Source: an uncultured virus (IMG/VR IMGVR_UViG_3300042503_001397) (Duplodnaviria > Heunggongvirae > Uroviricota > Caudoviricetes). From it: a stretch of DNA of 64,000 nucleotides. This document shows, piece after piece, positions 1 to 10,463 of the stretch. Below the pieces are notes generated by a model. It was not told the DNA's origin and ran no database searches. It saw nothing but the letters and a program-made list of their open reading frames with translations. Made by a program: the position numbers and the translations under genes. The DNA lies in IMG/VR virus record IMGVR_UViG_3300042503_001397. One strand, given 5' to 3'. The stretch's first letter is position 1. Each line of letters starts with the position of its first letter.

Positions 1-521
1 GTATTATATTTAGGGTCTGGTAATTCTCTAACCATAATAGGTAACCATTCTTTTTTAAAGAACCAACTATGCCCCACTAAATCAACTTCTACAGTCCTAT
101 CATTGTTACCTTGGTCAGGCCATCCGAATCTTAAGTAGTGTTCGTAGTATGAAGATTGTTGCGGAGGTAATGGATTCAAATACATCAATCCTACCGTTCC
201 CAATAAACCTTCCTTCTCATTCATTGTGTTCATACAATTCTCTAACCATTTCTTACCAGGAATCGTATCATCATCAAATACACACACATAGGGATTCTTA
301 GCGTTCATAGCAAAATAGAATCTTGCCCACACTCCGAAGTTGTAATTACAATAGGCAACAGGAACTTCCGTACCAATATCGTAATTAATCAAATCGTTAT
401 CGCCGGGGTTATTGTACCATACTAATATCTCATCCGGCGGTAATGTTTGATTTTTCAGAGCTTCTATTTGTTCATTTAGATTATCTCCTCTTTTGTAACC
501 ATTTAATATAACTGTTATCAT
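1..521 (-). CDS. GT2-like (GT-A fold) glycosyltransferase, partial (runs off the window start)
   Basis: Absent from the ORF track; translated by hand from ATG at 521 (ATGA overlap with the upstream stop): MITVILNGYKRGDNLNEQIEALKNQTLPPDEILVWYNN...YVCVFDDDTIPG. It has a DxD motif. Confidence 0.8.
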   Translation of the reverse strand, partial: MITVILNGYKRGDNLNEQIEALKNQTLPPDEILVWYNNPGDNDLINYDIGTEVPVAYCNYNFGVWARFYFAMNAKNPYVCVFDDDTIPGKKWLENCMNTMNEKEGLLGTVGLMYLNPLPPQQSSYYEHYLRFGWPDQGNNDRTVEVDLVGHSWFFKKEWLPIMVRELPDPKYN

Positions 522-1522
522 TGTAAATAATTTTTAATTCGTTCTATCCAAACTTCTTGCGAAAAAAGTTCTTTATAATTTTCTTTTGCTGTCTTAGAGC
601 ATTTATCATAAAACTCTTTATCTTCTCTTAACATAGTTGCCATCTCTCTTGCACTTTCCAAATCATTAACCATTACTGATGTATATGGGTGACATAACAT
701 TTGAGTATCTACATCCATATTTCCAATACAAGGAATTCCAAAATATGCACAATTCAACGCAAATGTACCAGCTGCCACCGTTGGCATCATATGAACTGCA
801 TATTTGAATGTTGATAAATTTTGCATCCATTCACTCCACATCATACGAGGTAAGTGATTTAAATTATCCACACTACCTTCATTCTCTCTCATAGCATGTG
901 ATGTTTGTGCCCAAATAGGAACTTCAAAATTGTTAGCTATAATGTAACTTTCAAATCCACCATACCATCTTGCAAAGTTACCACCTATAATTGCTTTATC
1001 TTCTTTTGTAGGTACTATATCTTTGATTAGAGTATCAATCATCAATGTACCGATAGGTTGGATTGTTTTGTTAGGAAATAACCCCTTATAATACATTACA
1101 TCGGAATCATTGTGAGTAAAGATTGAATCACATGATTGTAAAAAATTGAAGAAGTAAATTTGGTCTGCTATCTCATAATCGTTATACCACCAATGAGGTC
1201 CTTCTTGAATATAGTGAACCGAAGTATTACCTTTTTCTTTTATTCTACCAACAATATCTTGCTGAAGTAATTCTGAAAATGGATTAACTCCGTTTACCAA
1301 TCTACTTCCTTCCGAACTTAAGAATGTTTTACCTTTTGGAAATATAACAAAGACATGGTCATAACCTGTCAAATTTTTATCTGCACCAAACAAATGAATA
1401 TTAAAATGGTCAGCATCTAAAGCATGCATCCAAGCAAACTCCGTTCTCATATTTGGATGATTGGCTGGAACTTTCCCAACGAATCCCATTTCAGTAAGGA
1501 AAGCTATCTTAGATTGTATCAT
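518..1522 (-). CDS. Putative GT-B fold glycosyltransferase
   Basis: C-terminal AGTFALNCAYFGIPCIG resembles the GT-B nucleotide-sugar binding motif; lies in a GT cluster. Confidence 0.6.
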   Translation of the reverse strand: MIQSKIAFLTEMGFVGKVPANHPNMRTEFAWMHALDADHFNIHLFGADKNLTGYDHVFVIFPKGKTFLSSEGSRLVNGVNPFSELLQQDIVGRIKEKGNTSVHYIQEGPHWWYNDYEIADQIYFFNFLQSCDSIFTHNDSDVMYYKGLFPNKTIQPIGTLMIDTLIKDIVPTKEDKAIIGGNFARWYGGFESYIIANNFEVPIWAQTSHAMRENEGSVDNLNHLPRMMWSEWMQNLSTFKYAVHMMPTVAAGTFALNCAYFGIPCIGNMDVDTQMLCHPYTSVMVNDLESAREMATMLREDKEFYDKCSKTAKENYKELFSQEVWIERIKNYLQ

Positions 1523-2141
1523 AATAAGCGTTTTGTTTTTCTTGCCTATCTATTTGTTTATGATGATATAAACAATATATTTCTTCGTTTGGTAATATTG
1601 ATAATGTATTATATCCAACAATTCTTTCATGCACTTTACCAACCCATTCAATTTCAGATGTTCTACGATATATACGAGTTTGATAATCAGGAAAATTAAC
1701 CCAACCGTTATCATTTACATTCCACTTCCATTTTTTAATATGTGTTTTAGTTAAACCTTCAACGGTGTTAATTCTAGGAACAAAGAATAAATCAACATCT
1801 TTATTAAATTCAATAAATTCTGATAAGTTTTCTACCAAATATTCTGATGGTATTTCATCTGCATCAATTTGAAAAATGAATATTCCGTTTGCATTATTCT
1901 TTATATTATTTTTAAATGATGCAAAATCATTATTAAGAGGATATCCAATTACTTTGATTGTATTTGTATGTAACTGTGATAAAATGGTTAAATAACTTTT
2001 AATAGGGTCTGTAACCGATTCTTCATCATATTGAATTAAAATCTCATCATCCTTTTTAATTCTATCCTTTAGGAAGTCTACTAATTTTGTAATTTCTTCC
2101 AATTCATTGCAAACAGTAATTGCGTAAGTAATATTAATCAT
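1509..2141 (-). CDS. GT2 family glycosyltransferase
   Basis: ITYAITVCNE start, FQIDADE DxD motif, PDYQTRIYR...W.GKVHE. Start moved to ATG 2141 because the track's TTG at 2162 lies inside the promoter -7 element. Confidence 0.85.
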   Translation of the reverse strand: MINITYAITVCNELEEITKLVDFLKDRIKKDDEILIQYDEESVTDPIKSYLTILSQLHTNTIKVIGYPLNNDFASFKNNIKNNANGIFIFQIDADEIPSEYLVENLSEFIEFNKDVDLFFVPRINTVEGLTKTHIKKWKWNVNDNGWVNFPDYQTRIYRRTSEIEWVGKVHERIVGYNTLSILPNEEIYCLYHHKQIDRQEKQNAYYDTI

Positions 2142-2159
2142 AGTATTTTTATTTGAATA

Positions 2160-2192
2160 CAAATATACGAAAATTATATGAGATTAACAAAT
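2160..2192 (-). promoter_or_regulatory. Bacteroidetes-type primary-sigma promoter (-33 TTTG / -7 TATATTTG)
   Basis: ATTTG-N20-TATATTTG upstream of the GT2 gene. Confidence 0.75.
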
Positions 2193-2245
2193 ATATCTTT
2201 GTATATGTATATATAGATATAAATATACAATTTTCAAGTAAAGCA

Positions 2246-2280
2246 CAAAAAAATGGGTAACTTTTTTAAGATTACCCATT
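2246..2280 (-). terminator. Rho-independent terminator
   Basis: AATGGGTAA...TTACCCATT stem followed by a T run, downstream of 2300..4381. Confidence 0.75.
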
Positions 2281-2299
2281 TATATTTTATTAAATCCTA

Positions 2300-4381
2300 T
2301 TAATACGTTGTATTAACAGTTATCCAAGTACTACCATTATGGAACATTAACCAAGATTGTCCAGCTGAGCCAGATGAGTATAACATACCAGCCTGCCCAG
2401 TTGGTGCGAATTGATTTGGTATTAAATGAATTCCAGAATACAAAGCAATAGAACCACTAACCGTTAATATTTTTTGAGTTGGTTCAAATCTTAAATCAGC
2501 TTCAACAGCACCTGCCGTTGTTACATTATTATATGTTATTATACCATCATTAGTAGTTCCTGTTAAAGTTAAAAATCCACTCACACCACTTGTACCACTT
2601 GTACCACTCACACCACTTGAACCACCACCACCTGTCAATCCAGCTGAACCATTTGTACCAGAAGTACCGTTTGAACCAGAAGTACCATTTGTACCTTCTA
2701 CCCCACTTACTCCAGAAGTTCCCGATGTACCTGAAGTTCCATTAGAACCATTAGAACCAAATCCATTACTTCCACTTATTCCACTTGTACCAGATGTACC
2801 ATCCGTTCCAATTCCATCATTTCCAGAAGTTCCCGATGTACCACCTGGCCCTTGCGTTCCACTAGTACCCGATGAACCATTTGAACCAGCAGCGGATGAA
2901 ATACCCGATGAACCATTTGTACCAGAAGTTCCACTACTACCAGGAATACCATTAAATCCACTCACACCAGATGTTCCAGATGTACCACCACCACCGCCGC
3001 CTGTTATAGTAACTTGTGCTGTTGAATTACCCAAATCAGTAACAGTTGCTCCAGTAAATGTTAATATAGAAACATTAGATACACTATTAGGATTTGAATC
3101 CTCAACAGTTAATTTTAAAGAAGATGTTGGTGTCTGAGAATTACTTCTTCCACCCACGGCACCTACCCAAACATATCCTTGTCTTAAAGATGCTGTCATA
3201 GAACCTAATACATCCAAAGAACCTGTTATTTGTATATTATTTGTAGTTGCTACAACAGAACCCGTTGCTCTAAATATACCATCAGTTGTTGCAGTTCCCC
3301 CACCACTTCCAAATGATGAAGTAGCTACTAAAGATGTTATATTATTAGGTCCACCTACCCAAGCATAACCTTCTCTCAAAGATGCAGTTAATGTTGAACT
3401 AATATTTAACGAACCAGTTATGCGTTGATTACCATAAAAAGTATTTGCAGATGATGTTTGTGCAAATAAATTATAGTTTTGTATTTGTGTAGATGAACTT
3501 ACAATTGCTGCCCCTTTTAAAGATGCAGTATATGCCAATACATTATTTATTAAAGTTGTATCGATGGATGTTCCAGATGAACCACTTATTCCTGATGTAC
3601 CACTTGTACCGCTACTTCCACTTACTCCAGATGTACCACTTGTACCGCTACTTCCACTTACTCCAGAAGTTCCCGAAGTTCCAAAATTTGTACCATCTAA
3701 TCCGCTTGTACCACTTGTACCACTTGTACCAGAAGTTCCGCTTATACCAGATGTACCAGATGTTCCCGAAGTTCCAGAAGAACCAGAAGTTCCTGATGAA
3801 CCACTTATTCCACTTGTACCGCTTGTACCAGAAGTTCCTGATGTACCTGATGTACCACTACTACCAGAAGTACCCGAAGTACCACTACTACCAGATGTAC
3901 CACTACTACCAGCTTGTCCCGTAGCACCTGCTGTATTTATAAACCAAGATGTAAATGGTCCTCCACTACCAACAACAGAACCAACATTAACAACAAATTG
4001 ACCCGTACCACTATTATATGATGTAACGGTAGCTGTCATATAATTGCTACCATCTTTAGATATAATTGTTTGTTGACCAGGTGTCCAAGAAAGACCCGTA
4101 CCTATTGTGAAGGTTTTAGCTCCAATTGTTATTGATTCCGATGTTGATGAAATTGATGTGAATAAATCACCTTTTACGCCGGATGTTCCAGATGAACCAG
4201 ACGAACCACCACTTCCAGCCGTACCATTTGTACCATTAATTCCAGAAGTACCAGCAAGACCTGATGTTCCACTTGTACCATTAGTACCTGCACTTATTAT
4301 ACCTTCTAAGTATGTAAGATTATCATCCATCTCCACTGCGGTAAGTGGAGAACCCTTTGATAGACGTTTAGTTAATGCCAT
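2300..4381 (-). CDS. GTS-repeat (Gly-X-Y) fibre-like virion protein
   Basis: N-terminal KGSPLTAVEMDDNLTYL is typical of phage fibre attachment domains; three G-T/S-S triplet tracts. Confidence 0.6.
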   Translation of the reverse strand: MALTKRLSKGSPLTAVEMDDNLTYLEGIISAGTNGTSGTSGLAGTSGINGTNGTAGSGGSSGSSGTSGVKGDLFTSISSTSESITIGAKTFTIGTGLSWTPGQQTIISKDGSNYMTATVTSYNSGTGQFVVNVGSVVGSGGPFTSWFINTAGATGQAGSSGTSGSSGTSGTSGSSGTSGTSGTSGTSGTSGISGSSGTSGSSGTSGTSGTSGISGTSGTSGTSGTSGLDGTNFGTSGTSGVSGSSGTSGTSGVSGSSGTSGTSGISGSSGTSIDTTLINNVLAYTASLKGAAIVSSSTQIQNYNLFAQTSSANTFYGNQRITGSLNISSTLTASLREGYAWVGGPNNITSLVATSSFGSGGGTATTDGIFRATGSVVATTNNIQITGSLDVLGSMTASLRQGYVWVGAVGGRSNSQTPTSSLKLTVEDSNPNSVSNVSILTFTGATVTDLGNSTAQVTITGGGGGGTSGTSGVSGFNGIPGSSGTSGTNGSSGISSAAGSNGSSGTSGTQGPGGTSGTSGNDGIGTDGTSGTSGISGSNGFGSNGSNGTSGTSGTSGVSGVEGTNGTSGSNGTSGTNGSAGLTGGGGSSGVSGTSGTSGVSGFLTLTGTTNDGIITYNNVTTAGAVEADLRFEPTQKILTVSGSIALYSGIHLIPNQFAPTGQAGMLYSSGSAGQSWLMFHNGSTWITVNTTY

Positions 4382-4452
4382 GACTTATATTTTCCTATTA
4401 TAATTGTAATTGTTATAACAGTAAATATAATTAATTCCCAAAATAGAGAATT

Positions 4453-4920
4453 CTAGTAGTAAGATTTTAGAATATCAGGCTTAATTCTGATTTCTTGTAT
4501 TTGTTTTATCCCAGATATGTTGTAAGTTCTATATGCGGATGGGTCTTTTTTATATATTGTATTGGATTTGACAAACTGATTAAATATTTTACTTCCCTGC
4601 CTATCGCATAATATTAATAATTGTCCAAGCTTTTGTTCAGTAGCGAAATCGGCATCTGTTAAACCTTTTCTAAATATTGGTTTTAACCATTGAAAAAACT
4701 TTTCAGGTTTAATATCACTTATTTTTATACAAGTTAATTTTTTATCTGTTGTAATTCCAATAACAAATACAAATGCTGTTTTTGTACCTGATAATGTTTT
4801 TGTTGTACCATCTACATATTCGTAGGATGTAATTTTATATATGTTACGAGGAAGAATCTGCGATTTACTCACAGATTCCTCACTCAATATTAATGGTTTA
4901 TATTGTAATGAAAATGCCAT
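4453..4920 (-). CDS. Hypothetical protein
   Basis: 155-aa ORF coupled to the upstream GT stop. Confidence 0.7.
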   Translation of the reverse strand: MAFSLQYKPLILSEESVSKSQILPRNIYKITSYEYVDGTTKTLSGTKTAFVFVIGITTDKKLTCIKISDIKPEKFFQWLKPIFRKGLTDADFATEQKLGQLLILCDRQGSKIFNQFVKSNTIYKKDPSAYRTYNISGIKQIQEIRIKPDILKSYY

Positions 4921-6212
4921 TAGTTAATTTTATTCAATTTAGGTATTTGCATTTTCGAGCTATTAACCTTTGGTAAATTAAACGGAACTAATTTTGGTTG
5001 TGCTTTTACATAACTTTCCATTATTTCAATAAATTTATCATTCATCTTATCTAATGTAAAATTATTTAATGTATTAGTTCTCAACCCTTCAGATTTCTTT
5101 AAATAAATATCATAGTTTTTATAAACATCATAGATTTTATTTGCGGCTGTAGAGTAATTTACACTAAACCATTGTGCTTCTTTCATAAGAAATTGGTCAG
5201 CTGCAGATTCATCTACCGATGTCAAACTACCTTCCAATAAAACAGAATGTTCTGGTGGTAGGAAATCCAATTGTCCACTCCAACCACTAGCTATAATCGG
5301 TTTACCGGTCAAAGTAAACTCAGCCATAGGTCTACCATATCCCTCACCCTTAGCGAATGAAATCATCGATTTAACTTTAGGATGGTGGTATAAGTTACTC
5401 ATATCACTTTCTTCCATATCCCCATGTACTAAATAAATAGATGGGCATTTATCACCAAATGTTTTAACTACACTTTCTATTTTTTCACGAGTTGCTTCTC
5501 TATCAATTACAGAAAAACCTGCTGATGATGTTTTGATAATAAGACCAGGTCTTTTATCTTTAGGAGTATGTTGAAATACTGTGGCAAATGTTTTAATTGC
5601 CATACCAATATCTTTTCTATCTTGTCCTAAATTTCCTTTCAACCAATGCCCTACAATTAAGAAGTTAAAATCTTCTTTTACATTTTTTAATATATCCTTA
5701 CCACTTCCTTTAGAAAATATATCAGTATCAACTCCTTCAAAAAGAACTTCAATTGGAGTAATTGTTTTAATCTCTCCAACAATCTGTCCACTATCATTAT
5801 CTTTTTGCTGATATACAGTTCCACCTAAATTTTGTTTTGTAAAATTAGATGGTACAATTATCAAATTCATTTTGTTAGAACCATCGATAAAATCCTTTGG
5901 TGCTATTGTAGTTTCAACACCAGCAGTTATACCAATATTATAGTGTCCTTTTGGTTCAAACTCATTTGCTACCGAAACTTGCATAAACACATCCGGCTTT
6001 TCAGTTATTTCAGTAATAACTCTTTCTAACATCCATCTACCAAATTCGCTCTCACCATCAACTTGGTTTTGTGGAGTATTACCCCATCTTAAAGGTATGA
6101 TTTTAATATCATATTTATCCATCTTGCGTAAAGATTTCATTAAATCTCTACAATGGTCACCGTAACCACTACGAGTGAATATAGGTCCTTGAAATACTAA
6201 TGTTGGTTTCAT
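4920..6212 (-). CDS. GT4-like (GT-B) glycosyltransferase
   Basis: SGYG at the N-terminus, RKDIG, GEGYGRPMAE...GKPIIASGWSG motif. Confidence 0.88.
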   Translation of the reverse strand: MKPTLVFQGPIFTRSGYGDHCRDLMKSLRKMDKYDIKIIPLRWGNTPQNQVDGESEFGRWMLERVITEITEKPDVFMQVSVANEFEPKGHYNIGITAGVETTIAPKDFIDGSNKMNLIIVPSNFTKQNLGGTVYQQKDNDSGQIVGEIKTITPIEVLFEGVDTDIFSKGSGKDILKNVKEDFNFLIVGHWLKGNLGQDRKDIGMAIKTFATVFQHTPKDKRPGLIIKTSSAGFSVIDREATREKIESVVKTFGDKCPSIYLVHGDMEESDMSNLYHHPKVKSMISFAKGEGYGRPMAEFTLTGKPIIASGWSGQLDFLPPEHSVLLEGSLTSVDESAADQFLMKEAQWFSVNYSTAANKIYDVYKNYDIYLKKSEGLRTNTLNNFTLDKMNDKFIEIMESYVKAQPKLVPFNLPKVNSSKMQIPKLNKIN

Positions 6213-6221
6213 TTATATAAC

Positions 6222-7604
6222 TTATTTAATTTTAAATACTTCGAATCTTTCTCTTGGTTTCCAATTTTCAAAAACCGATTCGATTCCGTTTTCTAATTGT
6301 TGACACATATTCTTATGTGTTAAACCCATATCGCCCATAAATGCTTCTCTACCTATCAATCCATTTGCTTTACGAACTTCTTTTGGTGTGTTGTACATTT
6401 CCTCAATTGCTTCAGCAACTTCCTCCACATCAACTCTATCATCCCAAATATAAGGTGTTGGTACTGAACCTGCTAATGCTAATGCTCTACTCCATACAGG
6501 TTTAACCCAAGGACCAGGTTTAGCTTTTTGTTCCCACTTCCTCCACTCATGTAAAGAACCAATTTTAATGTAATCTTCGTGTGTTAATAATTTACCATCA
6601 ACTTCAAATCCACATTGGTCTTGCAATCCACCAGTTACGTTTACAATGATGGGAGTTCCCGTCATTACCGATTCTGCAGTTGCCAATCCAAATCCTTCGT
6701 TGTTAGCAATATTGATTGTTACATCTGCTATATTGTAAATAAGATTTAATTCTTCTTGAGGTCTTCTCTTTTCAGAAAATATGATATTACAATTAGGTGC
6801 TACTGCATCAATTACTGCTGGTAAATCAGTTCCATTCTCATCAACAGGTTGTGTGTGCATTACTAATACACATTTATCTGCTTTCTCCTTACCAATCTTA
6901 TCACAAAACTTTTGGAAAGCTACGATAACATCAGCTGGTTGTTTTCTACGGATATTTCTATTACTCCAATATAATACGAAGTCATATTCCTTATCACCTA
7001 AAATTTCTTTACGGAACTCAGCAGGTACTTCAGTTGGTTTGTATAAATTAAAATCAATACCATGTGGTACATAATCAATTTGCCAATCTGCTTTTGGTTT
7101 CCACGTTGGTTTAGTATCTAATGCTGATAATCTTTTAATGATACCATATGTTTGACGAGAGATACAACCAATCCAATCACAACTTTCATAGAAGTTACGA
7201 TTATATAATGGGTCTGGTAAATCATCCCAAATTGCGTAGAATAAAAGTGGGACATTTTGTCTGATTTCATGTTCGATATCATACAACCATGTCCAATAAC
7301 GAGGGTCAGTAAAATGTACAATTGCATCCGGCTTCTCTGCATTGATTAATTGTCTAATCAAATCAGCGTTACCATACCCATTCCAAGGTAAAATCTTTAC
7401 ATTAGCATCAGCGATACCATATCTTTCTTGGATATCTTGGCTAACATCTAAAACCTTTCCTGCTTCGGGGTGATTAATTGCGGCTCCTACTTGAAACCAA
7501 TCATATTTGTGTGCAGTTCCCAATACTAATTCTTTGGAAACGGTGGCAATACCACTTGCCATTCTTAAGTCATCTGATAATAACAGAATTTTCTTTTTTG
7601 CCAT
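6222..7604 (-). CDS. GT4-like (GT-B) glycosyltransferase
   Basis: VPHGID, RNIRRKQ, NEGFGLATAESVMTGTPII motif. Confidence 0.9.
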   Translation of the reverse strand: MAKKKILLLSDDLRMASGIATVSKELVLGTAHKYDWFQVGAAINHPEAGKVLDVSQDIQERYGIADANVKILPWNGYGNADLIRQLINAEKPDAIVHFTDPRYWTWLYDIEHEIRQNVPLLFYAIWDDLPDPLYNRNFYESCDWIGCISRQTYGIIKRLSALDTKPTWKPKADWQIDYVPHGIDFNLYKPTEVPAEFRKEILGDKEYDFVLYWSNRNIRRKQPADVIVAFQKFCDKIGKEKADKCVLVMHTQPVDENGTDLPAVIDAVAPNCNIIFSEKRRPQEELNLIYNIADVTINIANNEGFGLATAESVMTGTPIIVNVTGGLQDQCGFEVDGKLLTHEDYIKIGSLHEWRKWEQKAKPGPWVKPVWSRALALAGSVPTPYIWDDRVDVEEVAEAIEEMYNTPKEVRKANGLIGREAFMGDMGLTHKNMCQQLENGIESVFENWKPRERFEVFKIK

Positions 7605-7619
7605 AACTTATTTGTGTTG

Positions 7620-7820
7620 TTAAAATTGTGAACCTGAAATTTGTAATTTTAAGTATTCGTTCATTGATTCCCTAAATTCGATATCTGTTACATATCTCTC
7701 CACAGTCCTATTAACTAGCTTTTGAAGTGTAACATCCGAAGTAAAGGAAACCTTTTTGAAACTTGAATATACATCTTTAAGTATTTTCACAGTTGTCAAT
7801 TTTGTGTTTTCTTGATTCAT
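7620..7820 (-). CDS. Small protein, possibly ribbon-helix-helix DNA binding
   Basis: LTTVKI strand followed by two predicted helices (TLQKLVNRTVERY). Confidence 0.45.
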   Translation of the reverse strand: MNQENTKLTTVKILKDVYSSFKKVSFTSDVTLQKLVNRTVERYVTDIEFRESMNEYLKLQISGSQF

Positions 7821-7872
7821 TGTTTATATATTTATATATATAAGTATAATGATTTAAAAAAAACATAAATTT

Positions 7873-8745
7873 TTATTTTGTAGCTTTTTTATCACATATT
7901 CCCCTATTTCCAAACTCACAAAACTTACAATTCTTTTTTGCTGCACCAGGTACTTTTGGGAATTCGATATCTTTAAACGTACCACCATCATCAAATACAG
8001 TATTGATAAATTCCATAAATTCATCATATACTTTTTTAACAGATGGAGAACCATGTGCTGGAATATGCTTAGATACATGTGGTACTGGAAATGCCGAATC
8101 TTCGGGCAATTTTCTACGAAGTATCTGATACTCTACTTTAATCTTTTGTAATGGAATATTAAATAACTCTGAATAATACTTTTTGTATAATAGTATTTGT
8201 GAGTTCTTCATCTTATCAGCTTTTTGATACTGATTCCATCCCATAGTGGATGTCTTTAAATCTATAATAATGATTTCGTTTGATGCCAAATCTCTAATAA
8301 CAATATCGATAAATCCAATAAAATGTACACCCTCTTTAATGGTTGCGTTTAATGGAATCTCAATACCCACTAATTCAAATCCACTCTTTGAGTAAAATTT
8401 GTGCATATGTTTATCCAACCATTGTAGAATACGTCTACCATCACCATAAAATTCTTCTAATTGAATTTGAGTACAAGGAGTTCCTTCGCTCATTTTATCA
8501 GCTTCACTTTTATAAGCTTCTCTCATTTTTTCCAATAAGAGCTTGTCTTTGTTGATTTCATCTGCTTGCTTTTTAGAAACACCATACATAACCGAAAGGT
8601 AATGTTGGATAGTTTCGTGCATAGCAGTTCCAAAGATTGTATGGATATTAGATGAACTTTCACCTAATTTATCTATGTAGTTTAATTTGTATTGATGTGG
8701 ACATGAACTCCACATACTATATTGTGAAAATGATACTTTAGCCAT
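7873..8745 (-). CDS. PD-(D/E)XK nuclease, Cas4/AddB-like
   Basis: SFSQ..CP, FGTAMHE, GFIDIV...IIDLKTS, and C-terminal CKFC......C completing four Cys (Fe-S type). Confidence 0.85.
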   Translation of the reverse strand: MAKVSFSQYSMWSSCPHQYKLNYIDKLGESSSNIHTIFGTAMHETIQHYLSVMYGVSKKQADEINKDKLLLEKMREAYKSEADKMSEGTPCTQIQLEEFYGDGRRILQWLDKHMHKFYSKSGFELVGIEIPLNATIKEGVHFIGFIDIVIRDLASNEIIIIDLKTSTMGWNQYQKADKMKNSQILLYKKYYSELFNIPLQKIKVEYQILRRKLPEDSAFPVPHVSKHIPAHGSPSVKKVYDEFMEFINTVFDDGGTFKDIEFPKVPGAAKKNCKFCEFGNRGICDKKATK

Positions 8746-8762
8746 TATGTTGTTTTATTGTA

Positions 8763-8795
8763 TAAAGATACGAAAAATACCCGAGTTTACCAAAT
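8763..8795 (-). promoter_or_regulatory. Bacteroidetes-type promoter
   Basis: ATTTG-N20-TATCTTTA. Confidence 0.7.
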
Positions 8796-9244
8796 TAAAC
8801 TTTTAGTTTTAACTTAGTTATTTGCTTTGGGTCAGTACCATAATTCTCTGCAATTTCCTTAATATGCATCTTACCGCTGGTGGTTTCGTAAAGGATTTTA
8901 AGATAATCCTCTGCTTCAGTTAAAGATACTTCGTATTGTCTTGCTACCAATTCAATAATCCAATCTTCATATTTTTCAGATGAAGCTGGTTTCATATATT
9001 TTAAAAATGCTCTTGTCTTTGGAATTAATCCTATCAAACATAAATACATCGCTTTAGGAGGTGCCTCCTGTATGTAAGGTTGTATATCTGCAATCAATTC
9101 TATCCATTCGGGTTTCATAGAAAGAAAACGGAGTATCATATAGTTACTCCATGTCTTTTTATCACTTTCATCAAGTGTGTCCCAATACTTTGGGTCTTTC
9201 TTATCCGTAATTGCGTTTAGATGGTCGAATAATGTTTTAGCCAT
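8795..9244 (-). CDS. Clamp loader small subunit (T4 gp62-like)
   Basis: LFDHLNAI...SNYMILRFLSM pattern; close to the gp44-like gene. Confidence 0.7.
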   Translation of the reverse strand: MAKTLFDHLNAITDKKDPKYWDTLDESDKKTWSNYMILRFLSMKPEWIELIADIQPYIQEAPPKAMYLCLIGLIPKTRAFLKYMKPASSEKYEDWIIELVARQYEVSLTEAEDYLKILYETTSGKMHIKEIAENYGTDPKQITKLKLKV

Positions 9245-9245
9245 A

Positions 9246-9512
9246 TTATGCTTCTTCTTCTACTTTTAAACCCGGAGGTAATAATTCATTAAGTACTTCA
9301 CCACAATCTCCACAAAGGAATAGTTCAACCGGCAGTACTTCATCTTTTGGTTTACCAGTTAATAACTTTGAAATTCTACGGAATCCAAAACCTTGTACGA
9401 AAATCTCACCACCACATTTCTTACATCCGATTGCTTCGGTTTTTTCTAATGAAACTGCTTTTTCTTCTTGTCCTCCGATTGGTTGCCCACCTGCTCCTAA
9501 AATGTTTGCCAT
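9246..9512 (-). CDS. Small Zn-ribbon protein
   Basis: CKKC...CGDC. Confidence 0.65.
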   Translation of the reverse strand: MANILGAGGQPIGGQEEKAVSLEKTEAIGCKKCGGEIFVQGFGFRRISKLLTGKPKDEVLPVELFLCGDCGEVLNELLPPGLKVEEEA

Positions 9513-10453
9513 TATATAATATTTAAAATTTGAATTAATGTAGCTGCTGCTGGAATTTCTTTATCAATTGCTACTGCTGATTTGTTTACTCCATCGCCTA
9601 ATAGTAAGATTACATTTGCCGTATTTTCTCCTGCATACTCATCTACCTTATCATATAACATTGTATATAAATCGGTAAAGTCAGTAACTTTAGAATCAAT
9701 AAGAGCCTGTCTTACTTTCATATATTTGTTTCTCTTATCATCCGAAGATTTTAAGATATCAATAATTTTATTTCTATAATCATTCTCTAATAGATTTTGT
9801 ACATCCACTTTCAACTTACCTTTGTTGGAGTTCAATTGACAAGTATTAATAATCTTACGAATATCAGGATACGATGCGTCAATGATTGGAACTAAATCCT
9901 TAACTTCAAATTCAATCTCCTCATTCTTTAAGATTTTACTAATTTGCATAGCAACATCTTTTTTAGTTGGAGGTACGATTTGAAATGATTGACATCTACT
10001 TTGAATCGGGTCAATTACTTTCTCAACATAGTTACAAGTTAATATGAAACGGCAATGTGCTGAAAATGTTTCCATTAAGTTTCTTAAGATAGCTTGTGCG
10101 TTGTGAGTCATATAATCAAACTCATCCAATATAATAATCTTAAATGGTTTGAATCCCATTGAAGATGCAAAGTTAGTTACTTTGTTTCTTACGGTATCCA
10201 CATTGTTCTCCGAAGATGCATTGATAATCATATAATCACATTCAATTGATTTTATAATTAACTTTGCTAATGTAGTTTTACCAGTACCGGCTTTTCCGTA
10301 CAAAAGTAAATGTGGAATTTCGCCTGTTTCTAAGTAACCTTCTACTTTTGATTTTAGATGTTCATTACCTACATAATCAACAAGCTTTGTTGGGCGATAC
10401 TTCTCTACCCACAAATTATTATTTACTTTTTCTTCCGATTGTTCTATAAACAT
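9512..10453 (-). CDS. Clamp loader large subunit (gp44/RFC AAA+)
   Basis: LWVEKYRP, GKAGTGKT, ILDEFD, SRC motifs. Confidence 0.95.
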   Translation of the reverse strand: MFIEQSEEKVNNNLWVEKYRPTKLVDYVGNEHLKSKVEGYLETGEIPHLLLYGKAGTGKTTLAKLIIKSIECDYMIINASSENNVDTVRNKVTNFASSMGFKPFKIIILDEFDYMTHNAQAILRNLMETFSAHCRFILTCNYVEKVIDPIQSRCQSFQIVPPTKKDVAMQISKILKNEEIEFEVKDLVPIIDASYPDIRKIINTCQLNSNKGKLKVDVQNLLENDYRNKIIDILKSSDDKRNKYMKVRQALIDSKVTDFTDLYTMLYDKVDEYAGENTANVILLLGDGVNKSAVAIDKEIPAAATLIQILNII

Positions 10454-10463
10454 ATTTTATTTT

